A stretch of 64,000 bases of DNA from Lytechinus pictus (taxonomy: Eukaryota). The DNA is taken from assembly GCF_037042905.1 (NCBI RefSeq), contig NC_087263.1:10232001-10296000 (forward strand), given 5' to 3'. The notes beneath the pieces were generated by a model. That model did no database searches, had not been told where the DNA came from, and worked only from the letters and a program-made list of their open reading frames with translations. The first letter of the stretch is position 1, and every line of letters starts with the position of its first letter. Shown here piece after piece: positions 1-11,872 of the stretch. Made by a program: the position numbers and the translations under genes.

Positions 1-403
1 TCACATCCTCTCGATGTGGCTACCGGATTTTAAAACAAAAATAAACCATTTCCTCTTTCCATCCACCCATTATTAATGATTTCAAGGAGCTTTCGACACT
101 AAATGCCGTTTTGGAACACAAAATGAAAACACGCTTTAAATTGTTTTAGGCTAGCTCTATAATTGGAAGTTCGTCTTTTTGGGGCGTCAACTCATGCAAA
201 GAGATGTGCTGTGACTTGTGTCATGCCAATTTCTACTCTTTTTTTCAGGCTGCTGTGTGCTATAGCTCTACCACTTTGCATAAATTTAGGATATAAGGAC
301 TATTTTTAATAGGAATGATGGTAAACATGCAAAGACATAACGCATAGGTCTATAGGTCTAATGGATTATGAGGAGATAAATTCAGTTGCGTCCAAATTAA
401 GAA

Positions 404-499
404 CCAATTGTTGGTAGTATCGGATGTTATAGTCTTCTTTGATTGGCTGTTAGGTAGACCTATTACGTCACCGGTTCGTCATTTGATTGGCCGTATAAA
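404..499 (+). promoter_or_regulatory. Proximal promoter of the SRCR gene: CCAAT boxes, CRE-like site and TATA box
   Basis: CCAAT at 404-408, reverse CCAAT (ATTGG) at 442-446 and 486-490, TTACGTCA at 463-470, TATAAA at 494-499, about 35 bp upstream of an ATG in good context (caacATGG at 535). Confidence 0.7.
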
Positions 500-534
500 G
501 GTAGGGCTATTTCATCACAGAGATGTCTTTCAAC

Positions 535-598
535 ATGGAGCGTTTTGTCGTTGGATGTATATGCATTCTTTATCTTCTTGCACTTGCCCACCGTAAAG
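535..598 (+). CDS. SRCR receptor exon 1 (signal peptide)
   Basis: MERFVVGCICILYLLALAHRK is a hydrophobic leader. It ends at a phase-1 donor AAAG|gtaaga, matching the phase-1 acceptor at 2242. An alternative in-frame ATG lies at 523. Confidence 0.75.
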
Positions 599-1254
599 GT
601 AAGACATATGACTATACAGTCTCCATTACACAAGTAGTTGGTGATAGAACTGTTCCGGATAGTCACTTGTCAGTCTTTCGAACATTGTGCACATGCAACA
701 CTTAATCATGGGTTTTGAAAGTTTTGCGATTGGTTTAGGAGAAGTACGTAACCACCAACCGTTTTCCTCTTTCGATTGTTTTGTATGCTTAAGATAGCGG
801 TGTTTTTTTCTTTTAAAAACTGATCTTGTTATTCTCAATTGATACCTAGCTATACAAGATTTTGTAAATAAAGCATGATCTAACATGTCTTACAATCCAA
901 TCTTTAAAAAATGAGACTATGCACCATTGGTCGTTCATTAATTTTGCATGCTGGTTTTAGTTTTGAATAATATGCCTATTTCACGTATTCCATTTAGCAA
1001 AGTTCAAGTGTACCCTTTCTTTTTTTGATGATTGACATACTTTATGATATATTTGGCTTTTTAATGTTATTTGTATTTTGTGAACAAAAAATAAAAATAA
1101 AAATACACACATTTCATAATCGCTTTTGCAAATCCGTAAAAAACTCCAATTGCACATATAGCTACCAAGAATGCATATGCCATTTCAATTCATTTATATG
1201 TAGGGTAAAAGAGCACTTTGATTAAAATTTGAATTAAAATAAAAGGGCGCCACC

Positions 1255-2085
1255 TAGATGTTGAGATAATTGTAAAGTCGACATCTTATTAGCTAAAGAT
1301 TAGACGTCGAGATCTTGGATCTTATTCTCGACATTCTCTAGCAGAAATAATCAGATGACGAGATCCTAAATCTCATCATGCCGACATCCTTTAGAAGGGA
1401 CAATGAGATCCGGATCTCATCCTTTAGACATCTTTTAGCAGAGATAATTAGATGACGGGATCCTAAATGTCATCATGCCGAAATCCAAGAGACAATGAGA
1501 TGATTGAGATCCGGATCTCATCATGTCTACATCCTTTAGCAGAGATAACCAGATGACGAGATCTCGGATCTCATCATATCTACACCCTTTAGCAGAGATG
1601 ATTAGATGATAAGGCCTCGGATCTCATCATGTCTACATTCTTTAGCAGAGAAGATAAGATGACGAGATCTCGGATCTCATCATGTCTACATTCTTTAGCA
1701 CAGATGATAAGATGACGAGATCTCGGATCTCATCATGTCTACATCCTTTAGCAGAGATGAGCAGATGACTAGATCCTAAATGTCATCATGCCGACATCCT
1801 TTAAAAGAGACAATGAGATGATTGAGATCCGAATCTCATCCTTTCGACATCCTTTAGCACAGATGATAAGATGACGAGATCTCGGATCTCATCATGTCTA
1901 CATCCTTTAGGAGAGATGAGCAGATGACGAGATCTCGGATCTCATCATATCGACATCCTTTGGCAGAGATGAGCAGAAGACGAGGTGTCGGATCTGATGT
2001 CGATATCCTTTAGCAGAGACTATTAGATTATGAGATCAGGATCTCATCCTTTCGACATCATTTCGAAGAGATGATCAAATGACGA
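1255..2085. repeat. 53-bp minisatellite with internal palindromes
   Basis: Units start AGCA(G/C)AGA at 1538, 1591, 1644 and 1697 (period 53). Core GATGACGAGATCTCGGATCTCATCAT; perfect palindrome ATGAGATCCGGATCTCAT at 1403-1420. Confidence 0.9.
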
Positions 2086-2241
2086 AATTCTTCGCCAAGC
2101 ATGTTTTTCAGCAAAATGGTCATAAAAATGTTCAAATGAATGAATTAATAAAGTGATAACGCTACTTTCCCCTTTTCAGTCCACTGTCTTGCACGAGTTG
2201 AATAATATATGGTTACACATGTTTGTTTTTATTTTCAAAAG

Positions 2242-2604
2242 GAACTGCCGAGACCAATGGTAAAAATATTCGTCTTGTAGGTGGACGCAACCAATATGAA
2301 GGGAGAGTCGAGATCTTTCTGGATGATGTGTGGTCGACTGTGTGTGACGATTACTTTAATGCCGGAACAGCACATGTACTGTGTAGGATGCTTGGTTTCG
2401 CCTCGGCCACTACGCATTACTGCTGCGCAAAATTCGGGGAAGGATCGTCAGAACGAAAATTAAAGGTGTACTGTGAGGGGGATGAGGCTAATATCACGGA
2501 CTGTAGCCATTACTTTGCAACGGAGCCAGTTGACCCGGTTTATTCTTCCGACTCGAGGTACTATTGTGAGCATAATGAAGACGTTGGTCTGGAGTGCGAC
2601 CCAG
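2242..2604 (+). CDS. SRCR receptor exon 2 (SRCR domain 1)
   Basis: IRLVGG..EGRVEIF..WSTVCDD..LCRMLG..CEHNEDVGLEC; aag| acceptor, CCAG|gtgagt donor, phase 1-1. Confidence 0.93.
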
Positions 2605-2693
2605 GTGAGTACAAAGCTGGGGGCTATGTCTACATCCAAGTTAGACCAGCGGAGCGCTAGCGTTCATGTATGGTAAGATCTAGAGCTGATGTA

Positions 2694-2969
2694 CACTGTT
2701 AGAAAATTTATCCTTCAAATAAAAGAAGTTCCTGCAGCAGAGTCTCGAGAACAACTGTAATCTTACCAGATTGCGTTATTTTACAGGAAATTGGTTTTTG
2801 GTGTATGGAACTTTACAAATTTCCTTTAATAAAACACCCTTTTCCCCTTTTTTAACAGACCTGTTCTGTTAAATTGCAGAATTTTTTTTAATGAATTTAC
2901 AGAATTATTCTGTTATTGCTTTCTGCAAAATCTTCTTTTTTTCTGTAAAATCAGGGTTTTTTAACAGTG
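2694..2969. mobile_element. MITE with CACTGTTA termini and TA target-site duplication (TSD)
   Basis: ta|CACTGTTAGAAAA ... TTTTTTAACAGTG|ta. Confidence 0.75.
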
Positions 2970-3509
2970 TAGACTCATCAAAGACAATGAATAAAATGTG
3001 CGTTTATTATGATTGATAATCTTTCAAGAAAGTCGTTCTGATGATAAATATCCTAAAACCTACGAGAAGAACTTTACGTCGGCACACGTCCCCTAAATTT
3101 CAATATTGGCAGGAAGGTATGATCTGAAACATAATGAAAATTGTTTGCCAAACTATCTACTTTTAAAGTTGTATATTATATACTGACGCGTCCAAATGAT
3201 CTTAAAATACAAGAGAGCTTCATCAACATTCTTGTCCGACAAGTTGTCGGATCTGACAATTGTCCTTAAATATCATCGGCTAAAAAGCATTGTTTCTATC
3301 GTGAATACCACCGACAAGTCTTCATGAAAGGCTGTGAAGGTTTGACTCATTTCTGCCTCTTGTTCGTTTATACTCGCGTTATAAAAACAAAAGGAAATTC
3401 GGAGTTTAAAACAGTCAAGCAACTGTACCAATTTGATCGTTAGTGAGACCTTACCAAAACTGTAGTTGACCCGCAGTTATTTTCATCATTTTCTCCGATC
3501 CTCTTGCAG

Positions 3510-3875
3510 GAACCGCTTGGAACAACCCCCATGACATTCGACTAGTAGGTGGTGCAACTCCATTCGAGGGGCGGGTAGAGATTTACTACGAGGACGCTTG
3601 GACAACGGTATGCGACGAAAGGATCCGCAATGAAGAAGCCAATGTCCTCTGTCGGATGTTGGGGCACATCGGGGCCAGCAGCTTCCACTGCTGTGGGAAA
3701 TTCGGTCGAGGGGCTGCGGAAAATATGATACGTGATGTACGATGTGAAGGGAATGAAGCGAATATCACGGATTGCACATTTGACCATGGTGTGGAACAAC
3801 CGGGTTATTCTTCTTCGGATTACAGAGGGACTTACTGTGATCATTCTGATGATCTAGGACTCGTGTGCATACCAG
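3510..3875 (+). CDS. SRCR receptor exon 3 (SRCR domain 2)
   Basis: Manual translation GTAWNNPHDIRLVGGATPFEGRVEIYYEDAWTTVCDE..LCRMLG..CDHSDDLGLVCIP; ttgcag| acceptor, CCAG|gtgagc donor. Confidence 0.93.
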
Positions 3876-3881
3876 GTGAGC

Positions 3882-4388
3882 CATGTTTCATAAATCTCTT
3901 CGTATGTTACTGTAAGTGACTTTAAAGTTTCAGAACGACTGGTGATCCTTTCCTGTGGTAAATGATATTAACACCGAATTTTCATTGATGTTGAATTAGA
4001 GCTTAAAGAAAGAATCACCAGTCGTTCGTAACTTACGAACAGCTCTATGAAACACATATCAGGTGGGCGTTTCATAAAACTTTTAGAAAAGTTACTCACA
4101 ACTTCATGCAAGACTGGAACATGTTCTTAGATGCTCAGTCTGCTACATTGGAATGTATCATTTAGCATACAAATTAAGGGTCATTAGTCGAGCGTAAAAT
4201 ATTGCAGCTTTATGAAATACCCGCCTGATGGGTCTTTCAGAAAGCCTTTCATTGGTTGACTTTACTCACGACTGATGACCCCTTCTTGCACTAAACGATA
4301 TATACCTTATGTAGCCGACGCAGCACGTAAGAATATGTTCCAGCCGTGCGTATAATTAGTAACTTTATGAACAGCTTTATGAAACACT
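3882..4388. mobile_element. Three abutting ~160-bp MITEs (GTTTCATAAA...TTTATGAAAC family)
   Basis: Copies at about 3882-4055, 4065-4225 and 4230-4388, separated by short spacers containing CAG/CTG. A cleaner copy of the family is at 30731-30902. Confidence 0.7.
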
Positions 4389-4971
4389 CAAGAGGCAAAT
4401 AAGGCTGGACTGCATGCTCAAGAGGAATATGCTATCGAATCCCAATGGGAGCTCACAACTGAATCAAAATTTAGTATTCAACTGGGAGCACGTGGAACGG
4501 GCAACAGTAGGTAGGCCCACGTAAAGTCGACCCATTGAAAACTGATTGGTCTCAATTTAATGTAGGTAATGGGGGGAGGCAATTGCCAATTGCTTTGAAT
4601 AGGCAATTTGTTTTTTTTATAGGTAACATTCTCTTTCTTTAATTGAAATGATTTTTTTTCAATTGGCAGTTCAATTGACAATTTGGTTCAATTGAAATTA
4701 TCTGAAACCATTTGAATTTTCAAATTATTCATCAATACACTAGAGAGTATATATATATAAAAAAATAATAATGTTCCAATCGTCGTAACTTTACGAAGAG
4801 CTTCATGAAACACCACTCAGGTATAATTGCGGAATATTTTCCATCGACGATATAAATTATCACACAGCAATGAAAAGAATCACCTCTTCTAATGGCCTAT
4901 GTTCTATGATCACCTGTGTTATTTTTTTATTTATTGTATCGGATATCTATTGATGTTCCATAAACATGCAG

Positions 4972-5295
4972 CTGATATTCGTATTCACGATGGATCAAAG
5001 CGTCCTGGTCACCAAAAGGGCAGAGTGGAACTTGCACAGAACCTCCAATGGAAGGCTTTCTGTGCCGAATCCATGGACCTAAACCTCGCCATCGTCCTTT
5101 GCCGGATGCTTGGAGAACATACTGCTAAATCTTTCTATGATATCGAGTTGTTAGACCATGAAGAGGGCGCTGTCCTTAATGTTACTTATTCGTGCCAGGG
5201 AACAGAAGACAACGTCGCTGACTGTGAGCAACAGAACAGGACAACACTTAACTGCAGTCGGGAACGATGGGTGTCAGGGATTACGTGCGTCAGTT
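4972..5295 (+). CDS. SRCR receptor exon 4 (SRCR domain 3, divergent)
   Basis: KGRVELAQNLQWKAFC..LCRMLG..CQGTEDNVADC..SGITC; gcag| acceptor, T|gtaagt donor. Confidence 0.88.
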
Positions 5296-5842
5296 GTAAG
5301 TATAATCCCGATGTCCTCAAAATCTCTTTTTACTGCCAGTTTATACATGTAGGTAGATCAGTCATGGGGGTGGTCTGGGGTTGAATCACTCGAGATTCTA
5401 ATTCAGTACCGCAGCCTACATGGGAGAGGGATGTCTGGCACCCCCTTCCAACCCCCTCAAAAGACCCTCTTAAAATCGCCATTCATGAGAACAGTTATGT
5501 TGATATGGTCAGCACAGGAAGTCCAGGTTATCCATTTAATGTATTTTCTGTTAATTGTGTCCAAGAGAGTATGCATTTCCTATTTGATGTAGAGAATCAA
5601 ACCACTGCCGCATCCAGGTAGGGGCACATCAGGCCCGCCCCCCCCCCCCCTTAGAGAAAAACAAAACATTTTAGGGGTATTTGTCATGCATACGCAAGTG
5701 AGGACCTTTTTTTTCTTGTCATTTTTTTTCCTGGAAAAGAATGATCTCCATTTTGTAGTGAAAATCTTTTTTTGCCTCCCCCCTTGTAAAGTCCTGGTTT
5801 CGCCCCTGAATCCAACCCATTGAAAAATTCTTATCATTACAG

Positions 5843-6157
5843 TGCCAGTCCGCCTAGTCTCCAGAAAGGATGATGAGGGAAGAGTTGAGGTCTATCATGG
5901 AATATCTTGGTCTGCTATCTCCTATTCCTCCTGGAACTCCCGTGCTGCCGATGTTGTCTGTCGCATGCTCGGCTACGCAGGCGCTTCTGCAGCGTACCGG
6001 GATGGAGAACTGTATGAAGCGCCCTCTGTGAATGTCCTGTTGGAGAGAGTCATCTGTAACGGTACAGAAAGAAACATTGCCCATTGCAACATGTCGGAGT
6101 TTCGGAGGTTGACTTACAGCCCAGATGGATATGCAGCTGCAAGGTGTGAAGGAGAGA
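5843..6157 (+). CDS. SRCR receptor exon 5 (SRCR domain 4, only 4 Cys)
   Basis: PVRLV..EGRVEVYHGISW..VVCRMLGY..ICNGTERNIAHC..AARC; tacag| acceptor, A|gtatgt donor. Confidence 0.9.
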
Positions 6158-6674
6158 GTATGTATATAGCTCACGTAGGTCTCACAACAGCCTACTAAAG
6201 ATTAGCAATTACACACACACACCCATGAAAAGATATTGATTAAGAACACATTACGTGAAACATAAAGCACTTTTTAATGGCAAGTATCAAGAAATACATC
6301 TCTTAAGAGGTAGAGAATTCGGTGCAGTGTGATTTACATAATTCAACTAAAATATTGTTCAATCAAGCTATCAAGGCAAATAAACTCCTACACCCACATT
6401 TTACGGACTATGTCTTTTGCTTTTCTTAATCTTAAATCTACTTGTTTTGTTTACCAGAAACGATCAGTCAAACGAAATCATTCACTGCAATTAATTCTTA
6501 AATATGGTCTTTTGTCTCCTCATAACCATACATTCAGTTAACTAGAGTTTCATACTCTGCAGAGTAACGATGTATTGGCCTCATATAAATATCATCTAAT
6601 TGGGCATTAATATGTATATGTATATCCCATTACTAAGCCTATGTTACTTTCGATATGTTATCCTTTCACTTCAG

Positions 6675-7028
6675 TGGATGTCCCAATCAGACTACAGGGA
6701 AGCGAAGACACAAATTCGGGAAGGGTCGAAATATTCCACTACGGGTCTTGGGGTACAATCTGCGCGACTGGCGACCTGATCAGAACGACCGGAAATGAGC
6801 ACTACGCCATGAACATCGCAAACGTCCTTTGTAGGATGCTTGGGTTCCCGAGGGCGTTGTCCTACGAGTGCTGCGGTCAGTACGGGCATGGGACCGGAGG
6901 AATCTACCTGGACACCCTTAAATGCAGTGGCAAGGAAGCCAACATTCTGGAATGCCCAAAGAGCGATCAGGGATTGCACAGGAGATGCAATCACTTCATG
7001 GACCTCGGAGTCACTTGCCAGCCGAATG
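6675..7028 (+). CDS. SRCR receptor exon 6 (SRCR domain 5)
   Basis: PIRLQG..SGRVEIFHYGSWGTIC..LCRMLG..CNHFMDLGVTC; ttcag| acceptor, G|gttcgt donor. Confidence 0.9.
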
Positions 7029-7465
7029 GTTCGTCTTCTTTGATGTATAGACCCAACAGACATAAAACGTGAAACCAGACCATGTCTGAAGATGAATATT
7101 AGGAATGTACCTCTTTTCGTGTACATGTACTCTAAAGATCTATACAATCTGAAATGATATGTTGAATATATTAAATTCTATATGAATGGAACAATTATAG
7201 TTCGTATGAAAATGAACACAAAACGTTCACTATAATTAATCAATAAAACTTAATCAAATCGAACATTTCAAACCATAATTAAAGAGTAGCCTAATAGGGG
7301 AAAATTGTAGCTCTATTATTGTCCTCAGACATTTCTTTTAACCCGTCGGAGACTGAGTCAGCACAAATGAGGGCTAGAGTCTATTGAGAACGCGTGTTAT
7401 AGACAAATTATTCAGTCTCCAATGGCATGGATGGGTTAATTTTCTGAAACTCTGCCTGTTTACAG

Positions 7466-7834
7466 TTGACTATCAAATCCGGCTTCTTGGTGGACCATCC
7501 CCACTAGAGGGCAGGGTCGAAGTGAAGTCAGACGCCTCTAGCATTTGGGGGACAGTTTGCGACGACAACTGGGATTTGACAGACTCCAACGTAGTCTGCA
7601 GGATGCTCGGCTACGAGCGGGCGGAAAGCTACTCCCGCGGCCTGTACGAGAAGACGTCCAAACGTAGACCCATCCTCCTTGACGAGGTCGAATGCGATGG
7701 GACGGAGACGAACATCGGACATTGTCGAGTTCATCATCGGCATGATTGCTCACACGACGAGGACGTCGAAGTGAAATGTGTCGACTGGACTACATCCGCG
7801 TCGTCAACCCCAAGTAACACAAAGAAAATAACAG
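7466..7834 (+). CDS. SRCR receptor exon 7 (SRCR domain 6 plus start of S/T-rich stalk)
   Basis: IRLLGG..EGRVEV..WGTVCDDNWD..VCRMLG..CSHDEDVEVKC followed by WTTSASSTPS. Donor G|gtaaag after 7834; an alternative same-phase donor follows 7840. Confidence 0.9.
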
Positions 7835-7926
7835 GTAAAGGTATTTTCTCTTACCATTTTCCAAAGAATGGACCCTTCCACAACGGTACCTTTAAAACCA
7901 AGAGACAGAGTCGCGTCTTTCATCTG

Positions 7927-8195
7927 GGGAGCGTTACATGAAAGGACTTGTCGGACGTTTTATCCGACAAGTCACATTTTATCCGACAGTTACCGTAGTA
8001 ACATTGCATCTCAGCCAATCAAAATCAGGGAAAGATCTGACAACACGTCGGACGAAAATGTTGTTGAAACGCTCCTCAGGAGAAATTTTTTTCGTCCGAT
8101 GAGTTGTCAGATATAACGCCTTTCCTTGACTTTGATTAGCGGGAAAAGGATTGTCGGATAAAACATCCGACAAGTCTTTTCATGAAATACGCCCC
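7927..8195. mobile_element. Two adjacent ~150-bp MITEs (GGAGCGTTTCAT...GAAACGCTCC family)
   Basis: Terminal inverted repeats and an internal TTGTCGGA/TCCGACAA motif. Other copies at about 3215-3333, 20960-21110, 48333-48690 and 51150-51303. Confidence 0.7.
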
Positions 8196-8556
8196 TAGAA
8201 TCGTGTAAACCTCTTTTCTGTAATCCGCATATTCACCATTGACAGGAAAATTGGGAATGCAGGAGAGTCGTTGTCATGGTTGTGAAAGTACTGAACTAGA
8301 AATAGACATTTCTCAAAGGCAGGATTCAAATGGGATATGCGTCTTTCACATATCGTCTTTCAAGCATTTTCGATTGATTTCCCTATACTGTGAATGTGCT
8401 ATGGATCAACGATGGAAAGGTTCTTGCAGGATTCCTACATAAAAGACCCGGCCCTGACTTTTGGCAACGGCCCTTGTTTTGTGACAGTGGCAACCTACTT
8501 TGAGTTCTTATTAATAGTGGACATACATTTCCGACATTATTCTGTAACACACAAAG

Positions 8557-8580
8557 GATTAGTCAAAATCCAAAGTGCTG
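8557..8580 (+). CDS. Possible 24-nt micro-exon of the SRCR receptor stalk (GLVKIQSA)
   Basis: aag| acceptor (weak pyrimidine tract), strong CTG|gtgagt donor, phase 1-1, no stop codon. Confidence 0.35.
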
Positions 8581-8649
8581 GTGAGTTTGCGTCCGATTAG
8601 TTGACTTATCGGTTAGAACCAACAGATATATAGTGCTTTGACCTATCCT

Positions 8650-8913
8650 TTTTAAGAGTGTTTCTGTTTATCGTAACTCCCGTAGGAACTCGACAGTACA
8701 GCATTTTAGCAGGTAAACGCCCAGCTGGTATATAACCAATTACCATAGGTAACACTTTACGTCTGGTAAATCAGTCATAGCGATTGACCTTATAGACGAC
8801 AGATAGTACTCTCGGGCTTTTTCATCAAAGTGGAGACAATGGTAGAGTGGGGATTCGAACTCACAACCTTGCGATTATGAGTCCGATGCTCTAACCACTG
8901 GACCACACGACCC
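8650..8913 (-). mobile_element. tRNA-derived SINE
   Basis: Minus strand GGGTCGTGTGGTCCAGTGGTTAGAGC (A box) ... GAGTTCGAATCCCC (B box), followed by non-tRNA body sequence. Confidence 0.75.
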
Positions 8914-9799
8914 GTTGCTGTTACATCTCTTCTTGGTAATGTGTCCCTTTCAAGCAAGGTGGAATTGAATGATCTAGTATGCAGTGGCCAGTTGTTGCCA
9001 GAGAAGCCGTCAATAATTATAGCTATTCTGGAACCTTTCTTTTTTGGCACTTCTAAGTAGTTTTATACTGTAAATGTCGGCACGTTTCAATAATTAGGCC
9101 ACTATTTTCACAGATACGTAATGGCCCATTACGATAAAAAACGACAAAAAATTGGTATTGGACCATTCTTAGTTGGGAATCCATCCTTGCTCATTAAATG
9201 TTGTGTGAGAGAGGAGAAAATAAGTAAAACAGAATGATGAAAGTTAAAAGAAATCAGATAAGCAATGAAAAACTATGGCTGTTTTAAATTTAAATATCTA
9301 AGACTGTAAATTCAAAAATTGGCAACTGGGTAAGTAAATTCTGACCAATGGTAGGGACAACTTTCACATAGGCCCTGTACTTGATTAACAGGGATTGTGG
9401 TATTCTCCTAAGTAACTATTACCCTGGGGCAGTAATTAAAATATAAGCAAGGTAGCATATGTTAGTTTATGTCCTCGTTAAAGAAAAGCATATATATTTA
9501 AGTTAAACTTCTGAATTTGAATTGTCGATGGGTATAGTGATTAACATTTTTTAAACAACTTTTCAAAATCATAAAACTTTATTTTTTGTCCGATGCCCGT
9601 TCAAACTTTCATCTACTTGTCTGATTTTCCCCCTTTTCCTCTAGAAACTACATGGTATTTGGGTAGGATTCCCCTTAAACGCAAACTAACATACTCCCAG
9701 ACCTCCTCCCCAACCCAAAGCTTTGTTTTTGGCGTTAGAACGTTATTCGCCACTGGAAGTGGTCAATATGACATTGATTAGTAATATTGTAATATGCAG

Positions 9800-9883
9800 A
9801 TACTGGCGAGAATTTGGCAAGGAACAGTGAAGTCACGAGTAGTGCGATGCCGCCTTGGACCGTGCCAACAAGAAGAACATTCG
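9800..9883 (+). CDS. SRCR receptor stalk exon
   Basis: tgcag| acceptor; DTGENLARNSEVTSSAMPPWTVPTRRTF; G|gtaggt donor; 84 nt, phase 1-1. Confidence 0.65.
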
Positions 9884-10162
9884 GTAGGTACACGACATTT
9901 TGCTCCAGCGAAAATTGCTCTGGGTTTTATTTCGTCTAAGATATAGGGTTAGGATTAGGGTTGCAATAAAGATTTATGTTAGGTTTTAATAGGGTCATCG
10001 GCTTAGGATAGGGAATAGTATTGAATCCGGGGGTTCAAGTTGGTCATTCCATTAACGGTGGAATGTACAGCGGAGCAATGTTTGCTAAAGCAAATGTCAT
10101 GGAGCCCTTTTTAATACATAATTAGCCCCATTGAAATTAATGTGTTTTGGCCCGACTCTAAA

Positions 10163-10475
10163 GCCTGTATTCTTAAGTCGGGTTCAACTTAAACTCAGGT
10201 TTAAAGCTGTGGTTTAAGTATGGATAGCCAATTGTTACATAAACCACTAACAGTAGAGATATCATATTGCAGCTCATTCGGCTCTAAAATCATTCGTAAT
10301 TGTCTAAGAAGTATAAAAAGATGATTGTCTTCACCATCGATAAATCAGGAAAGAGCACAGCAAACATATTAAGAAACATACAACTTAATAAAAATTTTGA
10401 CACTTTTGGCTTCTCATAATTTTAGCAAAGAGATAGACCATGGTCTAAGTTAAACCTGACTTCAGAATACGGGCC
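10163..10475. mobile_element. MITE with GGCCCGTATTCTGAAGTC-type inverted termini (PIF/Harbinger-like)
   Basis: GCCTGTATTCTTAAGTCGGGTTCAACTTA ... TAAGTTAAACCTGACTTCAGAATACGGGCC; degenerate relative at about 20655-20950. Confidence 0.6.
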
Positions 10476-11790
10476 TCAATGTTCTGATGATTTCCATTCG
10501 CTTATTATTCATTCATGAGGTCTCATCTTGGGCCCCTATAGACCGATTCCCCCAAAATTTGGGTAGTTATGGTATTTCATCATGCTCTACGGTAAAATTG
10601 AATAAAAAAATACTAAAATGCAAAAAATTGGGGGGAAAATGCTGACGTCACACTTTTGTACTCTTTTTTAACTTCTGATGGCCTGGTAGGCCTACGTGCA
10701 TTCTTGCCGAAACATTAATTGAAACCCGACCTTTTACATTTTTTTTTAGAACTAACAATCCAGCAAAAGAGGCAATCATATTCGTTATCTTATAACTTAA
10801 GTCTCCTATTTCTTCTACTTTTTAAAATAAAGAAATACCAAAAATTCTTCTGCTTATCATATTAGTAGATTAGCGAAACTGTCCAGGTTGAATAAATGCA
10901 AAACAATGTATAATTATCTTGATATGTGTCATTAATACATGTAGGGCGATTCCATACGTCTCGTATGGGACAGTTTGACAATAATTTATAGTCTCTTAAC
11001 TGAATGCTTGACCAATAACATTTTCTTGTTTTCAATGATAAAGTTGAAGCGGGCAGTGATGTCAAAAACTGAAAACCGACAAAAAAATGTTTTAGTACGG
11101 GTGAATTAAAGGTGAAAATGTTGTGTGTCGTTCGGGACTCATAAATGTCCCATACGACACGCAACATTTTCACCCCTAAATTCATTAATGGAAAGCGTTT
11201 TTTTTTTCATTTTCTTTTTTACATCACTACCTAGTTGTATTTTAATATTACCACAAAACAAATTGAAGTTCCATGTTTGTTTGGACAGCAGGTTAAAAAG
11301 TGTTGTGAAAATGGCCGATTTTTTGTATCTTGGAATCATTATATTTCCACAGATATCTACATTTCTATCTATACAATTTGTTTTATGAATTATTTATAAA
11401 AGCAAAATAACAATTTATACTTGTACACTTATTACATCAGTGGAAAAACATTGCAACCAAACGCAACTCTAAATCCCATACGCGCATCCGCGACTCGCCC
11501 TTGATTTATTCAGTTGCGTTTAACATGTTTAAACGAAAGGTTTTCTGCAACGGGCTCCAGGGCCCGGCGGTAACACAAAGTTTAGCGATTATTCGCTAAT
11601 TTGATAGAACTATTCTGATTAGTTCCTGGTCGGTTTACTGAGAAGAATACGCATAGGACGATGATCTTCATAAGCCTTTTCATTTACCGATTATTCACTA
11701 GCCTTTGTGCTACGGTGCCCTGATTTGTGTTATGCTATCAGCATATTTGTAATTAGTTTTTATTATGTCAAACGTATTTTCAATTTTCAG

Positions 11791-11872
11791 CTTTAATCAT
11801 TGCACAGGCGGTGTACATTGTCGTTGCCCTGATTGTCATTGTCTTATTGACAATACGGATGCAGCACTATAG
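11791..11872 (+). CDS. SRCR receptor transmembrane exon
   Basis: ttttcag| acceptor; ALIIAQAVYIVVALIVIVLLTIRMQHYR (hydrophobic helix, then basic residues); AG|gtattg donor, phase 1-2. Confidence 0.85.

Noticed and set aside
1255..2085. CRISPR-like array (regular palindromic repeats)
   Set aside because: Units are contiguous with no unique spacers, there are no cas genes, and it lies in a spliceosomal intron; it is a minisatellite.
6692..7147. Antisense ORFs over SRCR and SLC1A exons (also 3542-3844, 5854-6174, 38886-39350, 59186-59485)
   Set aside because: Shadow ORFs of real coding exons with no independent features.
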